Origin: an uncultured Acidobacteriota bacterium
Lineage (GTDB): Bacteria > Acidobacteriota > Terriglobia > UBA7540
Direction of reading: 5' to 3'
NCBI GenBank assembly: GCA_963804995.1
Contig: CAWDSK010000005.1
Span: forward strand, 1,152,001-1,216,000
DNA: 64,000 nt
The first letter of the stretch is position 1; each line of letters opens with the position of its first letter. Under the pieces are notes generated by a model that saw only the letters and a list, made by a program, of their open reading frames with translations, was not told the origin of the DNA and made no database searches. The translations under genes were made by a program, and so were the position numbers. Below are positions 28,101 through 40,165 of the stretch, one piece after another.

Positions 28101-30312
28101 GGTTCTCATCCCAGGTGACGGTGTCCGTCGCCGCCGTCCACTCCCAAGCACCCATCTGGGCGGCCAGCAGTGCTTCTTTCAGCTTGGCTTCACTCTGGAG
28201 CAAAGCCTCCGCCGCCCGTTTGCGCTCGGTGATGTCCTCCATGACGGCGCAGATATAGTCCACCGTTCCATCGAATTTGCGCACGCAGCGGACCGCGATG
28301 CTGGTCCAGATAATCTCACTGTCCTTGCGAATAAATCGCTTGTCCAGCGAGTATCCATCGATCTCCCCCGTTAAGACTCGATTGAATTGAATGACATCTG
28401 TTTCCAAATCGTCCGGGTGGGTCAATTTCGCCCAGTCCGTTTCTTTGAGCTCCTGCAGTGAGTAACCCAATATTTCGCAGATCCGATCGTTGGCGGCGAT
28501 CCACCCCTTTTCCGGGGAGGTGATAGCCGTCCCCAGCAGGGGCTGTTCAAAGTAGTTGCGGAAACGAGCCTCACTCTGACGCAGCGCCTCCTCCGCCCGT
28601 TTGCGCTCGGTGATGTCGGAGAGCAACCCGTCAGCATACCGGACGCCGTTTTTCTCATAAGTGGCAAGAGCCCGGTGTTGCAGCCATCTCCATTCCCCGT
28701 CTTTGCGCTGGGCACGAACCTCCACATCAAACGGCTGCCCCTCCACAAAGAGGGCTCGAAAGGCTTCCCTCACCTTGGGAACGTCGTCGGGATGGAGGGA
28801 GGAGAGATAGAGGTGAGCGCCCCGTTCATAAATCTCGTCAGGTGTATAGCCGCTGAGGGTTTCAATGTTGCTGCTGATAAAGACAAAGCGCTGGTGGGCG
28901 TCCAAAGTCCAGGACACGTCAGGGATGTTCGACACCAGCGACCGGAATTTTTCTTCGCTCTCGCGGAGGGCTTCCACCACCTGCTGCCGCTCGGTGACGT
29001 CCCGATTGAAACTCAGGATGGCTTTTCGGCCACGATACTGAATGACCGAGGAGCTGACCAGAACATCGATCTCTCTTCCCTTGCGCGTCCGGTGTACGGA
29101 TTCAAATCTCTGACACGTTCCCGTGCGCAGCAGCTCCCTGATCTGCTCTTCCCCCCGGGCGATATCCTTGGTGAATTCCTTCAAGCTCGAGCCCACCAGG
29201 GTTCCTGGCGCGACACCATACAGTTCGCAGGCCGCCGCGTTCGCTTGCAGAATGCGCTCACTCTCGGGTTCGAAGATCACAATGGGGACAACCGCACTCT
29301 CAAACAGCACCCGGTAGTCCTGCTCCGAGCTGCGCAGTTTTGTTTTAGAGGCGTGCCGGCTGCGCTCCGCCAAGGAACTTCGCAAGATGAAAAGCACGGC
29401 ACAAACACCTGCGCACACGTCCATCAGCCTGTGATAAGGGGCGGGAGTACTGAGGGCGAGGACCAGCACCAGCAGCAGAGTGGCAGCCGCAAACAAACTT
29501 AAGACCAGGCGCAGCGCGCCGCGGCGTCCGGCCGGCTCCGGTCTGTCATCAGCTACGTTCTCCCAGCGCACGGCCAGGATGCCCAGCAACAACCACAACG
29601 CGGGCCTGCTGACGGCGAAGATAGGATTAAAGTATCCGGGAAACGCCACCCGAAGGATGGTTACGGCCGCGAACACTCCTCCCACTCTCCGATAGAAGGC
29701 GCGCGCCTGCGATGCGGGGTCGACCCCCGAACGCAGCAGCAGCCCGCCGGAGAGTAAAACATTCCGCACCAAATCGGGGTGCCCAATTGCGGTCCAGGAC
29801 TGGCCAGCCAGGATGCGGGGCAAGTCGACAAGCCGGAAGTAAGCCAGTCCGGCGGCCACCGTCACCAGGAGATAGTCCAGAAGGGTCAGCCAAGTCCAGT
29901 CTGGCCGGCCGTCTTTCTCAAGGGGATAGAAAACCAGGAGCGCCAGCGGCAGGTAAGAGCTCCAGCCCAGAAACTCGAGGGATGAGAACAATGTTCCCGT
30001 ACCGAGAGAAATATCCAGAAGAAAATCATGAAGATCTGTCGCGGCCATGAACACAAAGAAAGCGGCGGTGATTAGCCAGAGTCCCTTGCCCAGGGGTGAA
30101 GAGCGCGCGGCTGCGTACCCGCAGGCAAGGATGCAGACGAGAAATACGACAATCTCAAAACCGTCCATGAAGGCTTCTTGGTAGGACGGCGGGAGGAGGA
30201 ACAAACGGATAACATCGAGGAGAATGAGCCCCACAGCCACGCCAGCGAGAATTCTGCTCCAGCGTCGCTTTCGGGATGCGTCTGCCACTTTGGTTTCCAT
30301 AGGGACACCCAT
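25150..30312 (-). CDS. membrane hybrid histidine kinase: multi-TM region, 8 PAS/PAC, HisKA, HATPase, REC
   Basis: Repeated DITERKRAEE linkers, AHDFNNLL H-box, GTGLGL, LLLTDVVMP; GGAG SD before ATG 30312 (the ORF is open to 30459). Confidence 0.93.
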   Translation of the reverse strand: MGVPMETKVADASRKRRWSRILAGVAVGLILLDVIRLFLLPPSYQEAFMDGFEIVVFLVCILACGYAAARSSPLGKGLWLITAAFFVFMAATDLHDFLLDISLGTGTLFSSLEFLGWSSYLPLALLVFYPLEKDGRPDWTWLTLLDYLLVTVAAGLAYFRLVDLPRILAGQSWTAIGHPDLVRNVLLSGGLLLRSGVDPASQARAFYRRVGGVFAAVTILRVAFPGYFNPIFAVSRPALWLLLGILAVRWENVADDRPEPAGRRGALRLVLSLFAAATLLLVLVLALSTPAPYHRLMDVCAGVCAVLFILRSSLAERSRHASKTKLRSSEQDYRVLFESAVVPIVIFEPESERILQANAAACELYGVAPGTLVGSSLKEFTKDIARGEEQIRELLRTGTCQRFESVHRTRKGREIDVLVSSSVIQYRGRKAILSFNRDVTERQQVVEALRESEEKFRSLVSNIPDVSWTLDAHQRFVFISSNIETLSGYTPDEIYERGAHLYLSSLHPDDVPKVREAFRALFVEGQPFDVEVRAQRKDGEWRWLQHRALATYEKNGVRYADGLLSDITERKRAEEALRQSEARFRNYFEQPLLGTAITSPEKGWIAANDRICEILGYSLQELKETDWAKLTHPDDLETDVIQFNRVLTGEIDGYSLDKRFIRKDSEIIWTSIAVRCVRKFDGTVDYICAVMEDITERKRAAEALLQSEAKLKEALLAAQMGAWEWTAATDTVTWDENLYRIAGREPKLPAPSYQEHPQIYAPESWERLKRAVENALATGTPYELDLEMVRPDGSKRWLIGRGEAVRDASGHVTQLRGTVQDITERKRAEAALRSSEERLRELVETAEAVVWEADAPTLRITFMSQGVEKILGYPAEQWLQTPGFWAAHLHPEDREGALACEREVTEKGKPCSVEYRMTAADGRVLWFRDFMHAVAGPEGKVERLRGVMVEISESKRAEEALRESELELREAHRLARLGNWSMDLKTGQATWSDEVYRMFGLDPSLLSLPYSEHGRLFTPESWRRLTTELEEAVRTGTPYELELETVRADGSRGWILDRGEPVRNADGAITHLRGIAMDITGRKRAEEALRESEERFRSLVENATVGIYRTTPQGRILMANPALVKMLGYKNFKELAARNLEEEGFEPGYPRKAFRDRMAQDSEVRDLEEAWTRRDGSVIFVRESARAFHSEDGKIMYYDGIVEDVTERKQVEAEKARLVTAIEQSAEAAVITNISGDIEYVNPAFTRITGYSREEVLGKNPRILKSGKQDPAFYQQLWATILKGEIWQGEIINRRKDGSLYTLQMSVAPVRGEHGKITHFIATEQDITARKLLEQQLIQAQKIEAVGRLAGGVAHDFNNLLTIINGYAELLTEQTSAEDPRRDHLKEILMAGERAAGLTRQLLAFSRRQVLEPRVLDLNSVLTEVEKMLRRLIGEDVELVTSLKPDLGHVKVDPGQIEQVVMNLAVNARDAMPEGGKLYLETSNVDVDEDYARSHPSIMPGKFVMVAVSDTGCGMDAETQTHIFEPFFTTKEKGHGTGLGLATVYGIVKQSGGFIWVYSEPGQGSTFKIYFPCVEEAASTTEPADFAAKPAKGAETVLVVEDEEGVRSLVCKTLKSKGYKVLEATGAAQALQIVEQLTEPIHLLLTDVVMPQAGGKELAKRLSTLRPGTKVLYMSGYTDDAIVRHGILEVGTFFLQKPFAPDALVRKVREVLDRKPETLQ

Positions 30313-30880
30313 CGTGGATGCTCCGGGCCTTAGCAGGGCGCTGCGCGTGTGGGCACAGGAAGCGCCAGCCTTCTTTGATGCTTTTCGAGACTGCTGTTTA
30401 GAGGCCGGCGTATTGCCGGTCTGCCAGCAGACTGTAATCCCCGGCTTCCATGGCGGCAATGAGCGTCCGGGTTCCGCTCATCAGCCTTCGCCCCTCGCCC
30501 GTGGCGATAAGCCGTTTGGCAGCGTCAAGCCCCTGCTGCCTCCGCAGGGCGACGAGCTACGGGGCCTTCCAGCCGCAAGCTCGGGAAGTAAGATTAACGG
30601 TGCGAGGGAGGTGAATCCTTATCAACCCGGGTGAACGGGAACGACATCCGGTGCCTCTGTAGCGTTGTGTCTACCCCGGAAACGCTCCGTGGTGGACAGT
30701 CCATGGGGCGCCAACCGTTCACCCAAAGTTGATAACTGAGTGTGAATGCGCTCTTTCGCGTTTGTCAAGTATTAAATGCAGATATATCCTATACTATGAC
30801 CCTTAAGTACATAACACGGCTTGAGTTGATAAATTGTCAATGATGGAGTGCGGTCCACCGTGGCCGACGGCCGCTTTCGG

Positions 30881-31229
30881 TTTTGGAGTGCGGGAGCTCG
30901 CTCCCGCTTTTTCTGCCGCTGACTCGTCAGCGGTCTAGAGTTTCTACATTTCCTGCTCAGCACCACCCCCGCCGCTAGCGCGTCCTGAGGAGGGGAACCT
31001 CGCGGAACTCCCCTCCTGAATCAGGAGGGGTGGCGCGATAGCGCCGGGGTGGTTTCCGGCATGTAATTCAAGGCGTAGGTAAATGTAGAAACTCCAGGCC
31101 GCTGACTCGTCAGCGGTTGGCTGGTTCTGCGCCAGCCGGCCCCAGGAATTGTCGCCCAATGACGGTGGGGTTGGAACACCGCGACCAGTCGCGGTGGCGG
31201 AAAGCGGCGACGAGTCACCGCACTCCAGA
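30881..31229. repeat. TGGAGTGCG-type REP pair enclosing a MITE
   Basis: ttttggagtgcgggagctcgctcccgcttt ... aaagcggcgacgagtcaccgcactccaga. Confidence 0.72.
30935..31097. mobile_element. 163-bp MITE with a 20-bp target duplication
   Basis: CTAGAGTTTCTACATTT / AAATGTAGAAACTCCAG (16/17); GCCGCTGACTCGTCAGCGGT on both sides (30915-30934, 31098-31117). Confidence 0.82.
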
Positions 31230-31407
31230 GGTTTGCCTGCCTTAGCGATTGAGATCTTGGGTTGGCAAGCGCCTGTATCATACCGCGACACTCCCACCTT
31301 TTTGGACACCTCCGTGGGCCTTGGTTGGGCGCAAATCAGCCCCTTTGAACTTACCTAACCTACACAATCCATTTGAGATACAAGAAAGTTTGGCAACTCG
31401 CTGTGAC

Positions 31408-31422
31408 TGGCATCTCTTGTGC
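31408..31422 (+). promoter_or_regulatory. putative sigma54 (-24/-12) promoter
   Basis: TGGCAT-N5-GTGC (GG-N10-GC) about 95 bp upstream of the response regulator. Confidence 0.6.
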
Positions 31423-31516
31423 CTTCTTTCCCGGTCGAGAACAGAAGAATTTTTCTCGCGAGACTCTATGTATACCCCCTTAAGAAACGACCGCCGATGG
31501 CACAGGAGAGAACAAC

Positions 31517-32152
31517 ATGAAGGTCTTGATCGCTGAAGATGACTCGGTCTCCCGCCGCCTTTTGGAAGTTCTTCTGGCCGGTTGGGGCCACGAAGTGATT
31601 TCGGTGGAAGACGGCCTCGCTGCGTGGACGGCGCTTGAAGACCTGGAGAAAGAGAATTGTCCTGCCGTGGCAATCCTTGACTGGATGATGCCCAAGATGG
31701 ACGGTATCGAGGTCTGCCGAAAAATCAGTACTGGCCGTCGTTCGACTCCCGTCCACATCATCCTGCTGACAGGCCGGGCGAGCAAGGAAGACATTATCGT
31801 GGGTCTGGAGGCTGGCGCTGGGGATTACCTCACCAAGCCGGTATGGAATGGGGAGCTGCGCGCCCGATTGCAAGTGGGAATACGTATCGTTGAGCTGCAA
31901 TCCAGCCTTGCGGACCGTATCCACAAACTCGAATCTGCATTAGGGAATATCAAGCAGCTTCAGGGCATGCTTCCCATCTGCTGCTACTGCAAGAAAATCC
32001 GCAACGACAAGAACTACTGGCAGCAGGTCGATGCCTATGTCACCGAGCACTCCGAGGCTCAATTCAGCCACGGGATCTGCCCGGACTGCTTCGAGAGCAT
32101 CGTAAAGCCGGACCTCGCAGAGCTTTCTGCCGAATCGGAGTCTGCGGCATGA
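31517..32152 (+). CDS. response regulator (REC plus C-terminal Cys/His tail)
   Basis: VLIAEDD, ILDWMMP, DYLTKP, LPICCYCKKIR...FSHGICPDC. Confidence 0.92.
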   Translation: MKVLIAEDDSVSRRLLEVLLAGWGHEVISVEDGLAAWTALEDLEKENCPAVAILDWMMPKMDGIEVCRKISTGRRSTPVHIILLTGRASKEDIIVGLEAGAGDYLTKPVWNGELRARLQVGIRIVELQSSLADRIHKLESALGNIKQLQGMLPICCYCKKIRNDKNYWQQVDAYVTEHSEAQFSHGICPDCFESIVKPDLAELSAESESAA

Positions 32153-35100
32153 TGAATGATGACGACGATCAAAGGTGCGTCCCAAGAAGGAGGCCAGTCT
32201 GGGAAAGCCTGATCATCTCCATAGGTGTGTTCATAGGAATGTCGTGGGCAGTTCAGGGCGCTGCCCGGCAGCATTCCGGCAGTCTAAGTAGTGCTCCACG
32301 CCTGACGCACGCCGGGCAGATTCATAACTTCTCACCTGACCAACCTCCGGGCGAGCCGGTTCGGGTCGAACCCCTGACAACCATCGAGCAAGTCCGGGAA
32401 CTCACCCGGCAGCAGGCCGCGCTAAAACCTGAACTTTGCCTGCGCGCGGTGGTTACCTTCTACGACCCAGCCAACGTCCAACTGTTCATCCAGGATGACA
32501 CGGCGGGGATTTGGGTGGACACGCAGATTGGACCAAAGCCTGACTTGAAGGTGGGCGACTTGGTAGAGGTACGAGGCGTGGCGGTGTGGACTGACTTCGC
32601 CCCGGATGTCGGCTCACCGCGGTTCCAAGTCCTGGGCCGGGCTCCTCTGCCCAGCGCGCTTAGGGCCTCGTTCAGCCGACTCACTTCGACCCACCTCAAC
32701 AGCCGCCGGGTCGAGGTGGAGGGGGTCGTACTTGACGCGGCGAAGCAAGGAGACCAGCCACGGCTGACTGTCGAAGTCGACGGCGGCACTGTGAACGTCT
32801 GGATTCCCCGTGTTCCCGGCCCGATTCCCGCCAATCTCGTGGATGCCAAGGTACGAGTTCAAGGCGTGATCGGCGCGACCTTCAACAAGAAGAATCAGTT
32901 GATTTCGGTACGACTAAATGTTCCCAGCCTTGCGGACGTGCATGTGATAGAGGTAGGCCCCCGGGACCCCTTCGCTGGCCCCGTCCGTAGCATTTCCAGC
33001 CTTCTGCGCTTCGTACCCAAGAATGAGCCTGGGCGCGTCAGGGTGCGAGGCGTTGTCACCCTTCAGCAAGTTGGGCGGGGCCTCTTCATCCAGGACGGAA
33101 ACGATGGGCTCTATGTTGAAAGTAACCAGAGGACACGTCTGGAAGTGGGAGACAACGTTGAGGTGGCGGGATTCCCGAGCGTGAGTCAGGGGCTATCACC
33201 CATCTTGAAACACGCCATTTTTCGAAGTTTGGGTACCCGCGCCCAGGTCTCTCCTCACCCCGTCGTCGCCCTGCAAGTACTCCAAGGAGAGCACGACTCT
33301 GAACTGGTCCGCATCACGGGCCACTTGCTGCACGACGAGGAGTTGCATGGCGAACGGGTGCTCACAATGGAAGCCGACTCCGCCACCTTTGATGTTGATT
33401 TGCGGCCCCATGGTCGCAGCCAGGGTTTGCCCCCTCTCGAAATCGGCAGCCTCCTGGAATTAACCGGCGTCTGCTCTGTCCAGGCCAATGATGAAGGTGT
33501 GCCCACCGACTTTTGGATTATTCTGCGCTCCGGGCAGGACATCGCGGTCCTTCGCACTCCCTCCTGGTGGACCGCCACGCATGCCTTGAGCGTCCTGGGC
33601 TTGGCAATTCTGGCGGGAGTGTTCTCCCTGTTTTGGATACACGCTTTGCGGCGGCGGGTGCGCCGACAAACGGAGATCATCCGGCTCCAGATGGAGAGCG
33701 AAGCCGCCCTGCAACGCCACTACCGCGACCTATTCGAAAACGCCGCCGATGTCATTTACACGCTCGATCTCAAAGGGAATTTCACTTCTCTGAACAAAGC
33801 AGGTGAAAGGCTGCTCGGCCTCACCCGCCATCAAATTCAAGGCAAGAACCTTTCAGAAGTAGCGGCGCCGGAAAACCACGACTTGGCTCGAAGATCTGCT
33901 CCAGCGGAACCTCGAGGGCGCGGCGGTGACGGTGTGCGAAATGGTGGTCATGACCGGAGACGGCAAGCGGCTTTCGTTGGAAGTAAATTCCCGGCTGATC
34001 CATGTGGGTGGTAAGCCCGCCGGCGTGCAAGGGATCGCGCGCGATATCACGGACCGCAAGCGGACAGAGGACCAGCTTCGGAAACTCTCCTGCGCGGTCG
34101 AGCAGAGCGCAACCAGCGTCGTTATCACAGACGTCCGCGGCAACATCGAATATGTCAACCCGAGATTCACTGAGTTGACCGGCTACACCATGGAAGAAGC
34201 CCTCGGGAAGAACCCCCGCATTCTGAAATCCGGGGAACACTCCGCAGAAATGTACAAGCAGCTTTGGCGGACCGTCACTTCCGGGGGCAAGTGGACGGGT
34301 GAATTCCATAATAAGAAAAGGAATGGCGATCTCTACTGGGAGTCTGCCGTGATTTCGCCCATCCGAAACGCGGAGGGAGTGACCACGCATTTCCTGGCGG
34401 TCAAGGAAGACATCACGGAGCGCAAGCGGGCCGAAGAAACTCTCTCCCAAGAGCGCAATCTCCTGCGCACTGTGTTCGACAATCTGCCCGGTTATGCGGG
34501 TGTTAAGGACACCGAAAGTCGGATTATTATTTGCAACACAGGGCTCGCTCATCTGCTGGGGGCGGCAAAAGCAGAGGAACTGCTGGGAAAGACGGACTTT
34601 GACTTCTTCCCCCACGAAGTGGCGGAGAATTATCGTTCGAGCCGAACTAGAGATCATTCAATCAGGCCAGGCCCTGGTCGGCGGCGAAAAAACTGTCGTG
34701 GATAGAAGTGGTAACAAGAAATGGTTGTTAACCACCAAAGTGCCGTTCAAGGATGCTCTGGGAAATATCTTAGGGCTGGTCAGCATAAGCCAGGATATCA
34801 CCGAGCGCAAGCGGGCGGAAGCCGAGAATGCGCGCCTGGCTCTCGTCGTGAATTCCTCGGATGACGCCATTTTCAGCCTTACCCGCGAAGGCCTCATCGT
34901 CACCTGGAATGCCGGGGCGGAGCGCATGTATGGTTACACGGCAGAGGAAATCAAGGGAAAGCACTTTTCTACCTTTGTTCCTGAGGACCTGCGAGGCGGC
35001 TTAACCGCCATTGACGAAAAACTTTCTCGGGCGGAAGCCGTCAGGCATTTGGAACATGTGAACATCCGGAAGGACGGATTGAGGTTTCCCGTGTCCCTGA

Positions 35101-37169
35101 CTCTTTCCCCCCTCAAGGACGCTGCCGGTCTGGTTACCGGGGTATCGACGATTGTTCGCGACATCACGGAGCAGAAGCGAGCGGCGGCCGAACTCCAGCG
35201 TGCCAAGGAATCCGCCGAAGCCACCAGCCGCGCCAAGAGCGAATTTGTGGCCAACATGAGCCACGAGATCCGGACCCCCATGAACGGCATCATCGGCATG
35301 ACGGATTTGGCGCTTGATACGGCATTGACTTCCGAACAACGCGAGTACCTCACCATGGTCCGGGATTCCGCCGATTCCTTGCTGACCATCATCAACGACA
35401 TCCTTGATTTTTCCAAGATTGAAGCCGGCAAGCTGGGTCTGGACCCGGCGGAATTCAATCTCCAGGATGTTCTCACCAACACCTTGAGGTCGCTGGCGGT
35501 GCGGGCAAGCCAGAAGGGGCTGGAATTAGCATGGGGCGTAAAGGCCGGAGTTCCGGAGCGCGTCATTGGGGATGCTGGGCGCCTTCGCCAGGTGATCGTG
35601 AACCTGGTGGGGAACGCCATTAAATTCACCGAGCACGGTGAGGTGGTGGTAGGTGTCGAAGTCGAATCCCAGCAAGCCCAAAGTGTCGTACTGCACTTTA
35701 CGGTCCGCGATACGGGGATCGGCATAGCTCCAGAAGAACAAAAGCAGATCTTTGAGGCCTTTACGCAAGCCGACAATTCGATGAGCCGGAAGTACGGAGG
35801 GACAGGCCTCGGCCTGACAATCTCTTCGCGGTTGGTTGAGATGATGGACGGCAACATCTGGCTGGAGAGCGCTTTAGGTGAGGGAAGCACCTTCCACTTC
35901 ACCGCCCGGTTGGGCCAAGCCAAGGCCGCGGCGGAGGAATCTTCTCCCAAGAACATCATCAGCCTGCAGGACCTTCCCGTCCTTGTCGTGGACGATAACG
36001 CCACCAACCGGAAGATTCTGGAGGCGATGTTAACCCACTGGTTGATGCGGCCGGAGATGGCTTCGAGCGGGGAGGAAGGCCTCGCAGCACTGGAACGGGC
36101 CGCTGCCGCCGGGTCACCTTTCCCGCTGGTTCTTCTCGACGCTCAAATGCCGGAGATGGACGGCTTTGCTTTGGCGGAGAGGATCAAGCAAAACCCCCAA
36201 CTTGCAGGGGCAACCATCATGATGCTGACCTCCGCCGGACAGCGCGGTGACACTATTCGTTGCCGGGAGCTGGGAATCGGCGTGTATCTCATCAAGCCGA
36301 TCCGGCAGTCAGAATTGCTCGAGGCAATCGTGGAAGCCATGGGGAAATCCTTCCATCAGGATCGCGCCACGGTCATTACCCGCCATAGCCTTCGCGAAAA
36401 CCGCCGGAAGTTCCACATTCTTCTCGCTGAGGACAATGAGGTCAACCGGCTCCTCGCGGTACGCCTTCTCGAGAAGCTCGGCCACGTCGTGACGGTCACT
36501 TCCAACGGCAGCGAGGCGTTGGCCATGCTTAAAAAGGCTCGATTTGACCTGGTATTGATGGATGTTCAAATGCCCAAGATGAATGGTTTCCAGACCACTG
36601 CTGCAATCCGAAAAGAAGAGGAATCCACCGGGGAACATCTCCCCATCATCGCGATGACGGCGCATGCGATGGAGGGTGATCGCGAGCGCTGCCTCGCCGC
36701 CGGCATGGATGGCTACGTCGCCAAACCCATACAGGTTGAAAGCCTGGTCAACGCCATTGAGAACGTCGGTCAGGCTCCCGAAGTCGCCAAAGTGGCAAAA
36801 CCGGCAACGCCCCGGCAGCAGGACCCGATCGATACCGCGTCAGCCCTGGCGCGGGTGGAAGGGGACGTCGAGCTTCTAATGGAGATGGTTGCCCTGTTCC
36901 TCGAGGAACTTCCCGATTTGCTGACAACCCTTCGAGAGGCGGTCACGGCGGGGGATGCCGGCGCAATCGAACGCGCCGCACACAAGCTCAAGGGATCGGT
37001 GGGCAATTTCGCAGCTCGGCCGGCCTTCGAGGCAGCTTTGAAATTGGAAGTCCTGGGCAGGGAGCGCAACCTGTCCGAAGCTGAGCCCGCCTATGGCGAA
37101 CTGGAAAAGGAAATCCAACGGCTCAGATCGGCGATGGCCATGTTGAGCGAATTGGAGGTACGCCCATGA
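32149..37169 (+). pseudogene. hybrid histidine kinase (extracellular repeat domain, TM, 4 PAS, HisKA, HATPase, 2 REC, Hpt) split by two frameshifts
   Basis: ORFs 32149..34014, 33926..34705 and 34494..37169 join near 33891 and 34640; SHEIRTP, YGGTGLGL, AHKLKGS. The last ORF could be expressed on its own. Confidence 0.85.
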
Positions 37170-37576
37170 AAATCTTGATTGCGGACGATGACCGCGTGCA
37201 CGTGCGCCTGGTTTCGAATTACCTCAAGCAACGGGGACTTGAGCCCACACCTGTTTACGACGGGATGCAGACTATGATGTTCGCGCGACGGACAAACCCC
37301 GCCTTGATTCTGCTTGATATCAGCATGCCCGCCGGCAATGGCTTCGAGGTACTGAAGAAGCTCAAAGCGTCCACCGTCGCCGGCCTGATCCCCGTCATCG
37401 TGGTGAGCGGCAGTATCGACGCGGAAGCTGAGCGAAAAGTCATCGAGGGCGGCGCCGATGCTTTTGTGCGCAAACCGCCCGACTTGGGCAAGCTTTATGC
37501 AATCATTTGCCAAATCCTCGGACTCCCCGGCGAGCCGCAACCCGAACCCAGCCTGGCGAAACGCGAAGCCTTCTGA
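37166..37576 (+). CDS. single-domain response regulator
   Basis: ILIADDD, LLDISMP, FVRKP. Confidence 0.9.
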   Translation: MKILIADDDRVHVRLVSNYLKQRGLEPTPVYDGMQTMMFARRTNPALILLDISMPAGNGFEVLKKLKASTVAGLIPVIVVSGSIDAEAERKVIEGGADAFVRKPPDLGKLYAIICQILGLPGEPQPEPSLAKREAF

Positions 37577-37647
37577 GCCGGGTTTTGTAGATTCTGATAT
37601 CACGCCTGACGATGGAAACTCCGGCAGAATTGGCGGGTAAATCCTCT

Positions 37648-39593
37648 ATGTTGATTTCGCGGCGCAAATCAATCTTGCATCTCACCACCCTCCTTGCCTG
37701 TCTCACCGTCGCTGTGCCGGTAAAGGCCCAAGAATACAGTTTCCGCTACTACGGAACAGAAGATGGCCTGACCAATCTGGCGGTGAAAGTCCTTTTTCAG
37801 GACCGCACGGGCTTCCTGTGGGCCGGAACGGAAGGCGGCGTGTTCCGATACGATGGGGAGTGGTTTCAGCGCTACGGGTCCGCAGAGGGTCTTCCTCAGG
37901 AGGTAGTCCTGAGTCTGGGCGAGGTGCCGGATGGAAGCGTGCTGGCGGGGTACCGGGGGGCCTCTATCAACAACAGGGCCGCAGTTTCGAAAGAGTGCCA
38001 CTCCCGGGCGGAGGCATCGATAGCTACAGCGCGATTCAGTTCGACGGCGAAAGGCGAACCTTCATCGGCACCGAACGGGGACTAGTGGTGGCAACTCGAT
38101 CGTATCTTTGCGGCGATTATGCACTTAGCCTGTTCGCCACGCCTGCCGGTACAGACGGACCTAGCGCGCACGGAGTTTTTCTGGAGGAAGGTGTGCTGTG
38201 GTACGGTTGCGGCACCGGTCTTTGCCGGATTACAGGAGAGCAAGTCACAGTCTTCGGCGAGGCAGAGGGTCTTCCGAAGGGAAATGGATGAGTATCCGCC
38301 TTGATGGAAACGGCGACCTTTGGGTGCACGACCAGCAGAAGTTCGCGGTACTGCCGCATGGAAGCACACGCTTTGATGCCTCCGATCCAGGGTTTCCGCA
38401 AACGGCCGGTAGCTGACAGATGGAAGTGGACGGCATGGGCAGGTTGCTGGTGCCCACCATCGAAGGCCTGACCATCAACGAAGGGGGCATTTCCAAACCG
38501 TGGGCGGCCGCCAGGGCTTGCGAGGTCCTGTCTATTCTGTGCTGCGCGATCGGGAGGGGTCCATCTGGCTGGGCATGGCCGGGCACGGATTAGCAAGATG
38601 GAGAGGCTACGGCGAGTGGGAAGCCTTCACTTCCCAAAGCGGTCTGGCCAGCGAGTTGATCTATCAGATTCTGCCTTTGGGCAAATGGCACGGTACTCGT
38701 CGGCACGGAGGACGGCCTGTTCACCGGGCGAAAGCAGGAAGACCATTGGGCTTGGCAAAGGGACTCCCGGGTGGGAAGAATGCCGGTCCACACCCTGCAG
38801 CTGGAAGAGAACGGAAGTGTCTGGCTGGGTACCGAGCGCCACGGCGCGGGCCGCATCGACTCGCGCACCGGGCGAATCGAGTAGTTCAAGCAGGATCGCG
38901 GTCTGGGGGGGGTATTGCCTTACTCTCTGGCGATCGACCGCTCACACCGGGTCTGGGCGGCCACAGATAACGATCTCTACGTCGCGGAACTCTCCAGAAA
39001 GCGCTTCCGGCGCGTGGAGGAGGTTCCAGCGGTTCGTTGCTACGCCGTAACCGAAGGGCCGGCTGGCGAGATTCTGGTCGGCTCAAACAATGGAATCTTC
39101 CGGCTGGCGGGAGGCCGCTGGCGGCAGATCACGACAGCCGACGGGCTGCGCCACGATGTCGTTCTGACAGTCACCGCGTCCCAGCGCAACGAATTCTGGG
39201 TGGGCTATTGGTACTCCGGCAGCGTGACACGCGTCCGGGTGGAGGGTGATCGCCTGTCCATGACCCACTTCGGCAGCGAACTGGGGCTGCGAGGGGACAT
39301 GACTTACTTCCTCGGATTCGATGCGCGCGGCCGATTGTGGGCAGGAACCGATCAAGGCGTGCGCGTCTTCAACGGCGATCCTACGAAAGAAGGAAGAGTC
39401 GACGGGAACCCACCTGCTAGTTATCGCTATGACCGCCCATGCCATGCAAGGTGACAAGGAGCGCTGCCTGGCTGCGGGCATGGACGGCTATATCTCGAAA
39501 CCCGTCAACGTTAAGGAATTTCTCGCGGTGGTTCAGGCGGTGCTGGCAAGGCCCACCATGGCTTCCGAGACCACCGTTACTGCCAACCGTTGA
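37648..39593 (+). pseudogene. beta-propeller (Reg_prop) sensor kinase remnant fused to a REC tail
   Basis: [37 protein letters not shown] repeats with frameshifts and in-frame stops; abrupt switch near 39375 to ..[27 protein letters not shown]. Confidence 0.85.
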
Positions 39594-40165
39594 CCCGGAA
39601 CGGTCGGGAATTTCCTTCTCACCTAGTACGTTGGGAGACCCCCGGCATTGCCGGGGGACACTAGCGTGTATCTGTACATAGGGGAAGAGCGAAGCGCAAT
39701 GGACCCTGCCTCTTTCCCTTGGCAAGAAGTAGGCTAGCATCATAACTGGCCGGTGATGTAAAGACATCCGCGACACCTACCACGGATTCATTCTGGGGGA
39801 CGGCGCCCTTGAAGGGAACCCGGCTCCTTCCTGAGCATCTGGCTGCCGCTTGGGAAAAATCAAAAGGCTTTTGCTTCACATACCGAGAAGTTTCCGTCCA
39901 AAATGAAGTTTTTGGCAAAGGCACTGGTTCGCTCCGAGATCCTGGATGGAATTCTTGCGGATGACATGTTTGCGCACCACGGTTGTTATTCAACATTACC
40001 TGTCTATACATGTATTCTCGTCCTTTTTTCCTGTATCGATTTGTAGCAGTTTTCAGAAAGTGATACAGGTACCGTTCTGCCCCTCAGTCAAGAGCATCGT
40101 CTACACCCGCACGTAATCTCGGCAATTCAAATGAGTTAACTCTGACAAACGACTTGATGGCGACT

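Noticed and set aside
26974..28374. 466-aa plus-strand ORF
   Set aside because: Antisense to the PAS kinase.
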